Source: Paraspadella gotoi
Lineage: Eukaryota > Animalia > Chaetognatha
Length of the DNA: 64,000 nt
Direction of reading: 5' to 3'
Assembly (NCBI GenBank): GCA_051294375.1
Contig: CM119266.1
Coordinates: forward strand, 15,058,835-15,122,834
Shown here: positions 1 to 16,500 of the stretch, piece after piece
Layout of the letters: each line of letters starts with the position of its first letter
Numbering within the stretch: the stretch's first letter is position 1
Notes under the pieces: generated by a model
The model's database searches: none
Seen by the model: only the letters and a program-made list of their open reading frames with translations
Told to the model about the DNA's origin: nothing
Translations under genes and position numbers: made by a program

Positions 1-3000
1 CGTACATCAATGTTATATTTTTTCGAAAAAGGGCCTCCAGGTTAAGCGCGCTGCTCCTTCCTCCGTCGCCTATCTTACACAATCGTTATATTTTGAAAAA
101 AGGGCCTCCAGGTTAACGCCCATGCTCCTTCCTCCGTCCGCCTATCTCGTACACATGTTATTTTTTGAAAAAGGCCTCCAGGGTAACGCCCTGCTCCTTT
201 CCTCCGTCCCGCCTATCTGTACACATGTTATATTTTGAAAAAGGGCCTCCAGTGGTTTAACGCCCTGCTCCTTCTCGTCCGCCTATCTCGTACACAATGT
301 GTATTTATTTGAAAAAGGCCTCCAGTTACGCTCCTGCTCCTTCCTCGTCCGCCATATCTCGTTACACAATGTAATTTGAAAAAGGCCGTCCAGGTTAAGC
401 CCTGCTCCTTCCTCCAGTCCGCCTATGCTCGTACAAATTTATATTGAAAAAGGGCCTCAGTGTTAACGCCCTACTGCTTCCTTCTCCGTCGCCATATCTC
501 GTACACAATGTTATTTTTTGAAAAAGGTCCTCCAGTGTTAACGTCCTGCTCCTTGCCTCCGTCCGCCTATCTGTACACAATTGTTATTTTTGAAAAAAGG
601 GCCTCCAGGGTTAACGCCCTGCTCCTTCCTTCCGTCCGCCTATCTCGTACACAATGTTACTTTTTGAAAAAGGGCCTCCCAGCGTTAACCTCCTGCTCCT
701 GTCCTCCGTTCCGTCCTATCTCCGTAACATATGTTTGACTTTTTGAAAAGGGCTCCGAGGTTAGAGCGCCCTGCTCCTGTCCTCCGTCCCGCACTATCGT
801 CGGTTACACAATTGTGTTATATTTTTGAATGAATAAAGGTGCTCTCAGGTAGGGGTTGGTAACGCGCGCTACCTTGTCTGTTCGTTTCCTCCGTCCGGAC
901 CTCTATTCGGTTACACAATGTTATATTTTTTTGAGAAAAAGGGCCTCCAGGTTAACGCTCCGTGCTCCTTCTCGTCCGCCTATCTCGTACACAAATGTTA
1001 TATTTTGAAAAAGGGCCCTTCCAGGCGGTGTTAACGGCCTGCTTTCGCTTTCCTCCGTCCGCCTATCTTCGTACACAATGTTGTATATTTTTGAAAAAGG
1101 GCCTCAGGTTAACGTCCTGACCTCCTTTTTTTCCTCCGTCCGCCGATCTCGTACACGAATGTTATTATTTTTGAAAAAGGGGCCTCAGTTAACCGCGCCT
1201 GCTCCTTCCTCCCCGTATTCTCCTCCTCGACTGAACATGTTGTTTATATTTTTGGGAAAGGGCCTTCCAGGTTTAAACGCCTGTCCCTTCCTCCGTCCGC
1301 CTATCTCGTACACAATGTTCTATTTTTGAAAAAAGTTGCTCCAGGGTTTAACCGCCTGCTCCTTCTCCGTCCGCCTAGTCTCATGTACACAATGTTTATA
1401 TTTTTGAAAAAAGGGCTCCAGTGTTAAGCCCCTGCTCTTTCCTCGTCCGCCTATCTCGTACAAATGTTATATTTTGAAAAAAGGGCCTCCCAGGTTAACG
1501 CCCTGCTCCTCTCCTCCGTCCGGCCTAATCTCTGTACACAATGTTATAATTTTTTGAAAAAGGGCCTCCAGGGTTAACGCCCTGCTCCTTCCTCCTGTTT
1601 CCGCCTATCTCGTACACCAATTTATATTTTGAAAAAGGGCCTCAGTTAACGCCCTGCTCCCTTCCTCCGTCCGCCTATACTCTCGGACACCAATGTTTAT
1701 TTTTTTGAAAAAGGGCCTCCAGTGTTAACGCCCTTGCTCCTTTTCCTCCGTTTCCGCCTAGCTCGTAACATGTTATATTTGAAAAAGGAGCCCTCAGGTT
1801 AACGCCCTGCTCCTTTCCTCGTTCCGGCCTATTCTCGTACACCTCAATGTTATTATTTGAAAAAGCGGCCTCCAGGTACGCCCTCTCTTCCTCCGTCCGC
1901 CCTAAAATCTGTTTACACAAATGTTATATCTTTGGAAAAAAAAGGGCCTCCAGTGTTTAACGCCCTGCTCCTTCTGTGTGTGTTCCGTCCGCCTATCTCG
2001 TACACAATGTTATATTTTGAAAAAAGGGCCTCCAGAGTGTTTAAAGCGCCTGCTCCTTCTCCGTTCGCCTTCTCGTACAACAATGTTTATATGTTGAAAA
2101 ATAAAGGGCCTCCAGGTTACGCCCTGCTCCTTTCCTCCGTCCGCTTATCTCGTACACAATGTTATATTTTGGAAAAAGGGCCTCCAGGTTAACGCCCCTG
2201 CTCCTGTCCTCCGGTGCCGCCTTAATGCTCGTACACAATGTTATGATTATTTGGTTGAAAAAGGCCTCCAGGGGTAACGCGCCTGCTTCCTTCCCTCCGT
2301 CCGCCTATCTCGCTACACAATGTTATTATTTTGGAAAAAGGGCCTCCAGGGTTAAAAAAAAAAAACGGGCCCCTTGTCTTCCTTCCAGTCCGCCTATCTC
2401 CGCTTACACAATGTTAATTTTTGAAAAGGGCCTCCAGCGTTACGCCCTGCGTCCTTCCTCCCCGTCCGCCTATCTCGTAAATACACGAATGGTTTATTTG
2501 AAAAAGGGCCTCCAGGTTACGCCTGCTTCCTGTCCTCCGTCCGCCTATCTCTACAATGTTATATTTTGAAAAAGGGCCTCCAGTGCGTTAACGCCCCTGC
2601 TCCTTCCTCCGTCCGCCTATACTCGTACGACAATGTTATATTTTGAAAAAGGGCCTCCCAGTTAACGCACTTGCTCCTTCCTCGTCCGCTATCTCGTTAA
2701 CACTGTGTATATTTGAAAAAGGCTCTCCAAGGTTAAACGCCCTGCTCTTCCTCGTCCGCCATCTCGTACACAATGTTATATTTTGAAAAAGGGCTCCAGG
2801 TTAACGGCGCCTCGCTCCTTCCGTCCGTCCGCCTATCTCGTACACAATGTTTATATTTTGAAAAAGGGCCTCCAGCGTTAACGCCTGCTCCTGTCCTCGT
2901 CCGCCTATCTCGTACACAATGTTTTATTTGAAAAAGGGGCCTCCAGTGTTACGCCCTGTCCTTCCTCCGTCCGCCTTATCTCGTTACACAATTTAATATT

Positions 3001-3561
3001 TTTGAAAAAGGGCTCCAGGTTAACGCCCTGGCTCCTTCCTCCGTCCGCATCTCGTACACAATGTTATATTTGAGAAAAGGGCCTCCAGGTTAACGCCCTG
3101 CTCCTTCCTCCGTCCTCCGCTATCTCGTTACACAATGTTATATTTTGAAAAGGCCGTCAGGTTAACGCCACTGCTCCCCTTCCCCCCCCCATTCCTCCGT
3201 GCCGCCTATCTCGTACTCTAACAATGTTATATTTTGGAAAAAAGGCCTCAGGTTAACGCCCCCTGCTCCTTTCCTCCGTCCGCCTATTCGTACACAATTG
3301 TTATATTTGAAAAAGGGCCGTCCAGGTTAACCCCTGCTCCTTCCTCGTCCGGCCTATCTCGTACACAATGTTATATTTTGAAAAAGGCCTCCAGGTTAAC
3401 GCCCTGCTCCTCCTCCGATCCGCCCTATTCGTACACAATGTTATATTTGAAAAAGTGCCTCCAGTTAACCCCTGCTCCTTTCCTCCGTCGCCTATCTCTC
3501 GTACACAATGTGAATATTTGAAAAGGCTCCAGTAACGCCCTGGCTCCTTCCTCGTCCGCCT
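1..3561. repeat. Tandem satellite array, ~71-bp unit, roughly 48 copies, continues past the window start
   Basis: Consensus by eye is TCTCGTACACAATGTTATATTTTGAAAAAGGGCCTCCAGGTTAACGCCCTGCTCCTTCCTCCGTCCGCCTA, repeated head-to-tail with no unique spacers. Copies differ mostly by single-base indels. Confidence 0.97.
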
Positions 3562-4029
3562 AAATTCTCTCTCTTCCGTTTCTCCTTTGGCAATGGTTAT
3601 GGATATCCCAACATCCCACCCACCCCCGATTTGTATCACCAATTTATCAATTACAATATATCTAGCAAAATATTCTAAATCTTTTTACTTTTTAGTTTGA
3701 ATAATACATGGACATCAATCCTTAACTAAAATATGAATATTTTATATTCAGGGCATTAAAACTTTAGTATTGTATTTCTAAGGCACTAATTTTGTTTTCG
3801 CTATTAAATCTTTTATTACAAAATATTTTTGTTAAGAAATAGATTTATTAGCTGACAATATGCAAATAATGACTCACGTTTTTTGCTTGTCCGCTGGATG
3901 GTCACTAATTGTCCATTTCTCTTATTTTCCACGATCTTCGTCGGTTAAACTTCAGAATTATTAAATTATTGCTAAAATATAAGAGTCGGAAAAAAAATCG
4001 TTAAAAGAATAGGATCGAGGCTCCCTTCA

Positions 4030-4285
4030 ATAATAACCCAAATATTGATGCGATTGGATAACCAAGGAATTGACTGCTGATGATAACACAAATGCATTGA
4101 TGCGAATGATAACAAATATTGATGCGGATGCATAACCCAATAATTGTGTTGAATGATAACCATTAAATTTGATTGCGATGAAACCAAATGATCGATGTGA
4201 TGAATAACCAAATGAATTGATGGGTGGTAATAGACCAACATGGTTGATGCGAAATGGATAGTCCATATCTGTGTGATGATAATCA
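4030..4285. repeat. Degenerate minisatellite, ~23-25-bp unit, ~10 copies
   Basis: Recurring GATAACCAAAT(GA)ATTGATGCGAT-like units. Confidence 0.8.
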
Positions 4286-5439
4286 TTCATCATAAAATAA
4301 AACAAAAATAGTGTATGATGTGTGAAAAGAACGAGAGAAAGAAGAGAGAGAGAAAAGAGAGAGAAAGAAAAGAGAGAGAGAGAAAGAAGCAAGAAAGAGA
4401 AGAGAAAGAAAGAGAATAACATCATAAGAAATCTCGGATGTTAAATTTGGGAATTTTGCATTGAGAAGCGAATGGAAATACATGGCATAATCAACAGTTA
4501 TTAAAAGGAACAAAATACATCAAAATCTTTCAAAAAACGATCACGCAAGAGATCGATACGAAGAGAGAGAGAGAAAGACAGAGAGAGTTAGAGAGGAGAA
4601 GAGCAGAGACAGAAGAGAAAGAGAGAGAACGACAGTAGACAGAGAGAGAGAGAAAGAAAAGGAGAAACAATCAGACACAAACGTAGTGTCATGAGTGGCA
4701 TGGATTAAAAAACAGACAACGTACTGACGACAAGACTATTAAACCCGAGGACAATTGAAGACAATGATAGGAAGAAAGAGAAAACAAAGAGAAACGACAA
4801 AGGCAGAAGAACATTGGAAGAAGAGGATGCAGAAAAGAGGAAAAGGAAAAGGACAATGACAGAAACCGATGCCAGACATTTAACGAACAAATATCGCCCC
4901 AAAACTATAATAAAACAAAGAACTGATAAATTTCCAAATGTGTTTGCGCCGACCCACGTGACTACCCTCTATCGCGTGTATTCATCGTGAACGAACATGA
5001 CGTGAACATGACCCCTTAATCGTGACATGATAAAACTGAAGTCCCGTTTAAAGGGCAAAGGAGCAACCGAATGCGCGCAACGACGATATTGGGCGAACGG
5101 CCCATCCCCGTGAGGGGCCCGGTATAGCGCGGGTGTGCACGGGAGGTGTCCGATCAGGTCGCTACAGGCCAGATTCCGCCTGGTTTAATTTATTTTAATT
5201 GTCGGATTATCTGCATGGGTTTACTGGTTGGGCTTGTTAGCATCCATTAAAACCAGTAAAACGCCAAAAATTTCGCTTCAACCCTACATCAATTAATCTC
5301 GGCAAGCTGCTTAATCCTAAATTTCTTTCCCTTTTAATCAGAAACCTGCATATTAAACAAAACTCATCAAAGTTAAAAGTTGAAAAAAAATTGAAAACCC
5401 TCTGTCTTTCTTTTGTTAATTTGAGGTTGGAGTAGTTGC

Positions 5440-6020
5440 ATTTGGCAAAGCTTGTTTCTCCCTTTAAAACTCAACAATCGCTCTAAAATCCGCATTACCT
5501 CGAAATTGCTGGAACCTGATGTGACCTGTAAAACCTGACAATGATACTAAGTAACGGATAAAACCTGGGTAAACGGAATATCAAGAACAGTGCGTTCAAA
5601 AGAAAAATATGAAAACCTAGTTTCGTTTCTTTGTTATTTTCGATGATTGACCTTATCAACTGTGAGCGTATATTTCTTCTTCTTAAAACTCAAACCGCTA
5701 AGAATCCGCTACAGACCGTATAGCCAAAACCTGAATTACTACACTAGATAAAAACTATTGTCATTTTTAAATATGATAAACCTGAGTAAAACGATGTAAC
5801 TACAAGCAAAAAATTCCAATTTCAGGAAACGTAGTTAATTTCATTATATTATTTTGAATCCATTTCATAATTTAGTACCTCACTTGGCAAATCAATTTCT
5901 CTTCTTAATTATGAATCCGCTATTAATCGCACATTAACTGAGGATCAGAAACCTTTCTTGACCTAATGAAACCCATAGATATTGTCAGATGCTGATAACC
6001 TGGGTAAACGAGTGACCTAT
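5440..6020. repeat. Degenerate ~218-bp tandem repeat, ~3 copies
   Basis: GATA(A)AACCTG(G/A)GTAAACG recurs at ~5558, ~5776 and ~5994. Each copy is preceded by TTTCT..TTAA..CGCT..AATC(C)GC..AACCT-like sequence. Confidence 0.65.
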
Positions 6021-8254
6021 AGTAAATAAAATTGTTTTTGTAATTTTTTTAAGGACAAAATATGTGGACTAAATATAACTAAAAAATAGTATTCACTATG
6101 TAGAAAAAAAAAGATACGCATTTGGATCTTCTGGACTATGATAAAGTGAGATGAGACAGTTCTAGCTTTCTAAACGCCGTATATTTATTACAATTTGACA
6201 ATGGATATTAAGAAAAGACAGTAAGATATACAGGACACACACATAGTTTTTTATTTTTAGAGAAGTAGAAGAAGAAGGGTCGAAAATGATAACGAAAGAA
6301 AGGTTTTTCGAAGTCTTCTCTTTACGGTCAAAATTCACGCGCTAAGACCATTCATTCTGTCATTGAAACAATTGCTACTCTCTGCTGCTTTCTGCCTAAC
6401 TTAATCGAATTCTACTTCGGTACATGTACCTTCACTGTTGTTCTCGCTTCCTTTCTGACTAATTTTGATCGTATTTTTCCTGACGGCATGTATCAGCGCG
6501 CTGTGCCTTGGTGCCGTGATTAGCCAAAATGCGCTAAATTATAGCTCTCGACGTTGCAGCGTGTCTATAAAGATCAATACAACCTTGCACACAAATCGAA
6601 GGAATACGCTAGACTAAGAAAAAAACCCGCGTCGAGATTTCAACAAGCAGACGGACACTCCGACTCGAACGACGACACGACGGACGACGTCGACGACGGA
6701 AACAGATGCACGCCAACTGCCTATCGTGCAGTGTATCACATAATTTGCGGACGAAATAGTCGTTTCGATCGAAGAAACGTCACCTCCGTCTGCTAAGAAA
6801 AAACAAACTCTGATACCCACATGTGGCGTGAACCTACGTCTAAAAGCATCAGCAATTTCACCGATTCGAGAAAGAGAAGGAGAGACGAGACGAGATGAAA
6901 GGAGAGAGGTAGACGAGAGAGGGAAACGAGAGACACGACTGATGACCGAAATCCAGGAGTGCCGTCATGATCGTGACGAGACGTCGAGCAGATTCAGAAA
7001 CGGTTAAGTAATGGTCTCGAGTGAGACGACTGTTAGAGTGACACGTCGAATCGGACAGTATCCGAACCGTGCAGCTCGAGATACCTCTCGCCTCGCCGTG
7101 CGTCTTCGCCGGTCCTGCTCATGCGGCGTTCCACTCTCGTGCCTATGCGCTACTAGGATGTATTGCCTCGCTCGTAAAGGAATTCTCCGAGCATCAGTGA
7201 GAACTAATAACAAGGCAGGCCGAGTAACCAAATGTCTAAAACAATGATTCACGCGATAAAATGAAAGAGCTAGAGAGACGGAGAGAGCGAGAGTGAAGAT
7301 TACGATGTCGTGAAGAGAGCAGAGACGAGATAATGCTTACCGTTGGAGAGAGACAGATCTGAGAGCAGAGACGAGAGAGAGACGAGAGAGAGAGACACGA
7401 GAGAGAGACGAGAGAGAGAGGAATTATGACAAAAACCTCGTCANNNNNNNNNNNNNNNNNNNNNNNNNAAAAAAAAAAAGCGTCGAAACGTCAAACGTCA
7501 AAGGAAGGAATCGAAGGAAAAGATTGCGAACCGACGGGAGTTGAAAGGAAAACAATCGCCGTCCAGCGATGAAGGGGAAAAGGACGACGACGATGAGGAC
7601 GACGACAACCACGACGACGACTTTCAAATGAAAAAAGGGGGACAAGAACAACGGGCTCGTCAAAAAGACGTGTCAAAACCTCCATTTTTTTTCGGGGATA
7701 CGATCGAAATTACATGCGCTGCCAATGAGCAGAAGGAGGTCCGAGACTGGATCGCTGCGAATTTTTTGGAATTTTACCGCTGAGCGACTGTCCGACCACA
7801 AAAACGGATAACAACAACGACGAAATTCTTCGAGACCAAAAAAAAAAAAAAAAAGAAGCATTTAATAGCGTGGCCGATGGACGTCGACCCTTTTTCGTGA
7901 CGCCGCTGCGCGTGGGAGCGCTACGCTGCCCGCGACGGCGTTCAACTCGATATATCCGGTGGCGCCGACGGATGCCGACGCCGCGGCGTTCCCGGTCGCA
8001 GCAGCGGCGTTGCCATCTCCGCGGCTGCAGCGCCGCTTCTCCGCGAGATCTTATCTAATTTCATTACGCCGATACCAACTAATTAGATTTCGCCAATTCC
8101 AGTCTCCTCCTCCTCTTCCTCTTCCTCCTCCTCCTCACAGCCTGAAAGAGAAAGGAGGCCTTTCCCTGTAGATGGGAATCCCCAAAATTATTTCCTCTCT
8201 GAGTCTCTTCTCTTTTTTTCTTTTCTTTTTGCGTTTCCTTACTCTCTTGTCCTT

Positions 8255-8257
8255 TTT

Positions 8258-8313
<56 letters not shown>

Positions 8314-8345
8314 GCTTTCTTGCTTTCTTTCTTTCTTTCTTTCTT

Positions 8346-8389
<44 letters not shown>

Positions 8390-8411
8390 TTTTTCTTTCT
8401 TTCTTTCTTTC
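8255..8411. repeat. (CTTT)n microsatellite
   Basis: Directly visible tetranucleotide run. Confidence 0.95.
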
Positions 8412-8895
8412 TGTTTTTTGTGTTTTTTCTTAATTATTTTTCTCTTTTACTTTGTATTAATATGTTATTCTAAAAATGAAATATTATCTAGTACTTTCGT
8501 TCAATCTTAATATTTCCTCTCAACGCATATCGTTCGTTTTATCCAGATTCTCTTCATTCGCTTTCACTTTGTCCTTGTCCCTTACTATCTATTGTCTAAC
8601 GCTTTCCGAGATTCCTCGCTTCCCAAAACATCTCGCTCTCTCTCGCTCTTACATTTTCCCTCTTTCTCTCTCCATCTCTTTACATTATCCCCTCCGACTC
8701 CCTCCTTCCACTCGCACTATCTCGTCCTCATATCCGATTTCTGTGGCGGGTAATTTAATTTCTCCATCGCTCGTTTGGGACAAAAGCCAAGGTGCGATTA
8801 CATCCTTCTTCCGCGCGATAGTGGCCGGATAAAATTGGGGTCCGTGTCCTTTAGCTTTCTCTCTCTCCCTTTTTCTCTCTTTCTCTGTTTCACTC

Positions 8896-11849
<2,954 letters not shown>

Positions 11850-13454
11850 AATCGGTGTCTTTTTCCCTCTCGACCAGTTCGTAAATTCTCTCTTTTCACT
11901 AATTAATTCCGTCTTCCTAATTAAATCGGCAAAGATTGATAGCGCATGTCTGACGTAAAATTTTCGGCCGTTACACGTTTTAAATTTTTTTACGACAATT
12001 TTCTTAATTAGAATACTTTATTGTTTTTTCTCTTTAGATGATTGGGTTTAGAATTCTTCAAAATATTTACTATTTACTATACATGTTATAATTGTTTACT
12101 ACTAAAAAAAATAATTTTTTTTTATATATTTTTACAAAATTAGATTTAATGATCGAGCCAAAAAAAAAAAAAAATTTCAATTTCGATTACTTGAGTCAGG
12201 AGAAAAACTAATCTAAATTCCGGATGTATATGGATTGAAAAAAAGGGGAAAAATCCATTTTAATCGTATAAATCTTTTCAGATTTCGAATTATTTTTTCG
12301 AAGGTCTTCGTCTCATTCCTTAGTCCTTTTGAAATTTCCGAAAGACACACACGGAGAAAGACAAAAATGAGANNNNNNNNNNNNNNNNNNNNNNNNNNNN
12401 NNNNNNNNNNNNNNNNNNNNNNNNNNNNNNNNNNNNNNNNNNNNNNNNNNNNNNNNNNNNNNNNNNNNNNNNNNNNNNNNNNNNNNNNNNNNNNNNNNNN
12501 NNNNNNNNNNNNNNNNNNNNNNNNNNNNNNNNNNNNNNNGAGAAAAAAAAAGTGAAAAAAAAAGAGTCAAAATTAATCAGAGAAATTTTCGCGATGAAAC
12601 AAAACAAAAAGAGCGAGAAAAAAAAACCTGAAAAATTGAAAACAGCAACGAGGGGGTAAACGAAGAAAAAAAAATCTCTCGAAAATTTTAATGACGAATT
12701 TTTCTCGACTTTTTTCCCCCTTTTTTTTCTTTTATTTTCTTAAAAACCCCGCGTTTTTCGTCATTAATTTTCCCCAAGATGTCATGTGAGGTCTGCCCCC
12801 NNNNNNNNNNNNNNNNNNNNNNNNNGGAGAGACGAGCTGAACTTAACAAATGAAGAAATTTGTAAATGGCGAAGGAAACGCGCATTAACCCCGACATAAC
12901 GACGAGAGAGAGAGAGAGAGGAGAGAGAGAGAGGAGAGAGAAGGAGAGAGATGAGAGAGAGAGAGGATGAGAGAAAGAGAGAGAGAGAGAGACGATTACA
13001 CGAGCAAGGGTAGAATACACCCGAAGCATCTTCGGCTGACGCCTAATTTTCATAATCATACAGATAAAACCAGAAACTCTTTTACAAGAATAAATTCGAA
13101 TTTTTCTTGCTTCCTTTATCGAGGCTAACTTGCCTTCCGGCGCTTCTCTCATCTCTTCCTCTCTCTTCTCTCTCTCTCTTCTTCTCTTCTCTCTTCTCTC
13201 TTCTTCTCTCTCTCTCTTCTCAATTTTAACCATTGTTTCCCGTTGTTTTTTCCGCGTTCGATATTGGCGCCGCTTCTTCCACGCCCCCCCCCCCACATTT
13301 TTGGAAATGCTCAACCGAACTTCTTATTGATCATTCGTTCTCGTAAAATCCAAAGCAGGAATTTTCTCCTACGCGTAAGAATAAACAAACGGGAGAGTTT
13401 TGCAGTTGCAGTTTTAGGCCATAGGCTTGTGTGCGAATGCGAGATAGAGAGAGA

Positions 13455-13510
<56 letters not shown>

Positions 13511-16500
13511 GAAGAGAGAGAGAGGAGAAGAGAGAGAGGGGGGGGGTTGTGAAATACTTCTCGAACTCTCCGAAACTATCATGTCGCCGAAAATTTTCGA
13601 AGCAGACTTTAAAAAAATGTGGTTCGGGGAAAAAATTAACGCGTCTCCTGGGGAAACGACGACGACAACGAATGACGACGGACGAAAACGACGACAACGA
13701 CGAAAGAGGAAGCTGACGCCTCGAAAATTGGACAGCGACGCGAACGAAATCGCGACCTCTTTAATCTCTCGTAACGCCGGGCCCTGTGTACGCCACATGT
13801 GCGTTTGACGTTAAACGCGCGGGTTGAGTTCAATGCCGCGTTTAGCGCTAAAAACGAAGCGCGCCAATCGGGCGGTAACGCACATCGAAATAAAGAATTA
13901 ATGGCCACCGCTTCGGCGCCGGAGTTTTCCTTTCTTTCCTAATTCCTGGCGGTGGTGGTTTGTGGTGGTGGTGAGGGTGGTGGATGGTGATGATGGTGAA
14001 TGGTGGCGGAGTTCGTTTCGGTTTTGAAAGCCGAAAGAGATAGAGAGTGAAATAAAATTTGTAGTCTCGGATTCGATTAAGTCCGACGAATCTGACCTAC
14101 TTTCCTCATTTTTCTTTCTTTCTCTTTTTTTTTCTATTTTTCTCGTCGTTTTGTCCTTTTTTTTTTTTAAATTTGGCGTTTTCGGTTTTGGTTCCGGATT
14201 TATTTTTCCATCAAATTTTTTTTTTCCTTTTCAATATTTTTCCTTTTTTTTTTTTGGTTGCGCGAGTTGCGACGAAGAACAAAAGCAGGACAAAACGAGG
14301 CAACGGAGGACAAGCGACATTAACCGGAAACACCGACAGCGATGATAATTGTAACGACAACGAAATCTGGCCAACAGTCGCGGCAGTGATCACTCGACGA
14401 GAATAAACAAACGTTAGACATCCACAGTGAAAGCGGGAACGACGAATGACGGACGAAACGACGACGGACACGATGGCGACGACGTTGACGCCGTTACTAA
14501 CGAACGCAAAAGACGGTAACGATTCCCGGTTCCTTTTCACGCATACACACCCACAACACAGCTCCTTCGCGAATCCACACACAAAGGGAAAAAGTCGAAT
14601 AAAAAAATTACAAACCGATGAATTGATTTCGCGTTAACCCTCCTTTCGTCGTCGTCGTCGACGAATGAAAAAAAAATTGAAGAGAGAAAATTGGAAAAAT
14701 TGCAAAATTGCAGGCTTACTCGAATTTCGTCTCTCTCTCTCTCTCGTTTTCTATCTTTCTCTTTTTTTATCAAGTTCTAGGACTTAAAATCCTTTTTTCC
14801 CTTCGCTTTAACCCCGGCCCATCACTTTTAGGAAGGAAATCTCTCTCACTCTCCTCAATCTCACTCACTCACTCTCTCTCTCTCTCTCCTCCTTCTCTCT
14901 CTCCTCTCTCTCTCCTCTCTCTCTCTCTCTCCTCCCCCTTCCCTCCCCCTCCGTCTCCCCTCCCCTCCCCACCCTCCCTCTCCCCTCCTCCTCCATACTC
15001 CCCCCCTCCCTCACCCCTCCCCTCTCCCCCCCCTCCTCCCCCCCCATCCCCCCCCCCCGTCACTCCCCACTCTCCCCCTCCCGCCCCGCCCTCTCCCTCC
15101 CCACTCCCGACCCACCCTCATCCCCCCCTTCGCCCCTCCCACCTCCCCCCGCCTCTTCTCTCTCCTCTCTCTCGGTCCCTTCTGGGCAAAAAGAAGCGGC
15201 GGCCAATTACTTTTTTTCGCTTCACACGCGCTTCCAAAAAATGGCTCAGCGGAGGTCGCTTTTTACGATGCCCCTCCTCGGCGCTTTCCCCTCCCCCCTC
15301 CTCATCCTCTTTAGCTTTCCCTTTCCTTTCTTTTTTTTTTTTCTTTTCTATTCCATTTCTTTTCCCTTTTTTTATTTTTTTCCTCTAATCATCCTTTTCC
15401 CCTTTTTTTGTTTTCTCTTTCTAATATATGAAATGTGGTAGCACACCAATAGAAAAATTATTCATTATTTATAAAATAAGCTATCTTGTCCTGACCTTTG
15501 GAACAGGCTTTGTGGTGGTTTAAGGCCTCAATCACTCTTACAAGAATATATCACATCGCTGTTCCGCTGCAAGCTTTATGTTATTATTATCATTTATGTT
15601 CCATTTAATTTTTCTCATATTTTGCTCCTTTTCTTCCCTTCTTTCTCCTCCCACTCTCTGTCTCTCACACATCCAAAGTCAAGGGTTTAAGTAAAAAGCA
15701 AACCAAAGACATTTTTTTTTCCTTCGCCTTCAAAACAGAAACCGAACGGCCCGACAATGCGTACAGCACGCAATGCTAAAGATGCGTTACAGCAGCGATG
15801 CTAACGATGCAGCCGGTGACCGAGGCTAGTGATGAAACTGTTAACAGTAGATGCATGTAAAAAATGGACCGAAAGAAGAATGCAAAGAATTCCGAGTTTA
15901 AAACAGAAACCAATTACTGTGTGAAGTGCTGAAAGACGGGAATGAACGATAAATGAATGATCAATACCGGCAAATTTTTTCACACAAACAACTTTTCAAA
16001 GTCAGAATCAACACGGAACAATACAACCGCCATTGACACTCACCAAAAATCATGCAAAAAAACAGACGCTTTCCTTTCTCGATAAGAAAAAAATGACGGA
16101 ATTTAACGAGGAAAAAAAGAAACTGGTTAAAGGAAGATTTCGAAATGGCGTGACCTGACCGGAATCGTCGAAGGCAATTCCTCGTTTGTTCCCCTGCACT
16201 CTTTGACTGAAAATCTCTCCGTGGATGTCGTCGTCGCTGTGGACGTTTTGGCCTCCTCCAGCTGCATCTCTGCCCGGAACAGCGACTCGTTGCGCTGAAG
16301 CTGAGGCTGCGGACGTGTTGGAATGAGACTTCAGCTTGGCTTTGGTCGAGTATGTTCACAGCGCGCAGTGATAGTAACGACTCCTCGCTGGAAGAGGAGG
16401 GAGGCAATAAAATTGTTAAATATTATCATCTACAATGCTTGCCGTTGCCTTGCCTATCTTTTCTTAGTTCCATTTTTTGAGTCATTATTAGTACTTGTAT

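Noticed and set aside
1-3561. CRISPR array, or protein-coding ORFs in the repeat
   Set aside because: Units are contiguous with no unique spacers, there are no cas genes and the context is eukaryotic. The ORFs are translations of the satellite.
5090-5180. tRNA- or SINE-like GC-rich patch
   Set aside because: No convincing cloverleaf or A/B boxes, and it lies in noisy sequence.
14708-15388. Proline-rich extensin/formin-like ORF
   Set aside because: It derives from a noisy C/T tract whose mirror in the other arm (~40305-40405) is a plain (AG)n microsatellite.
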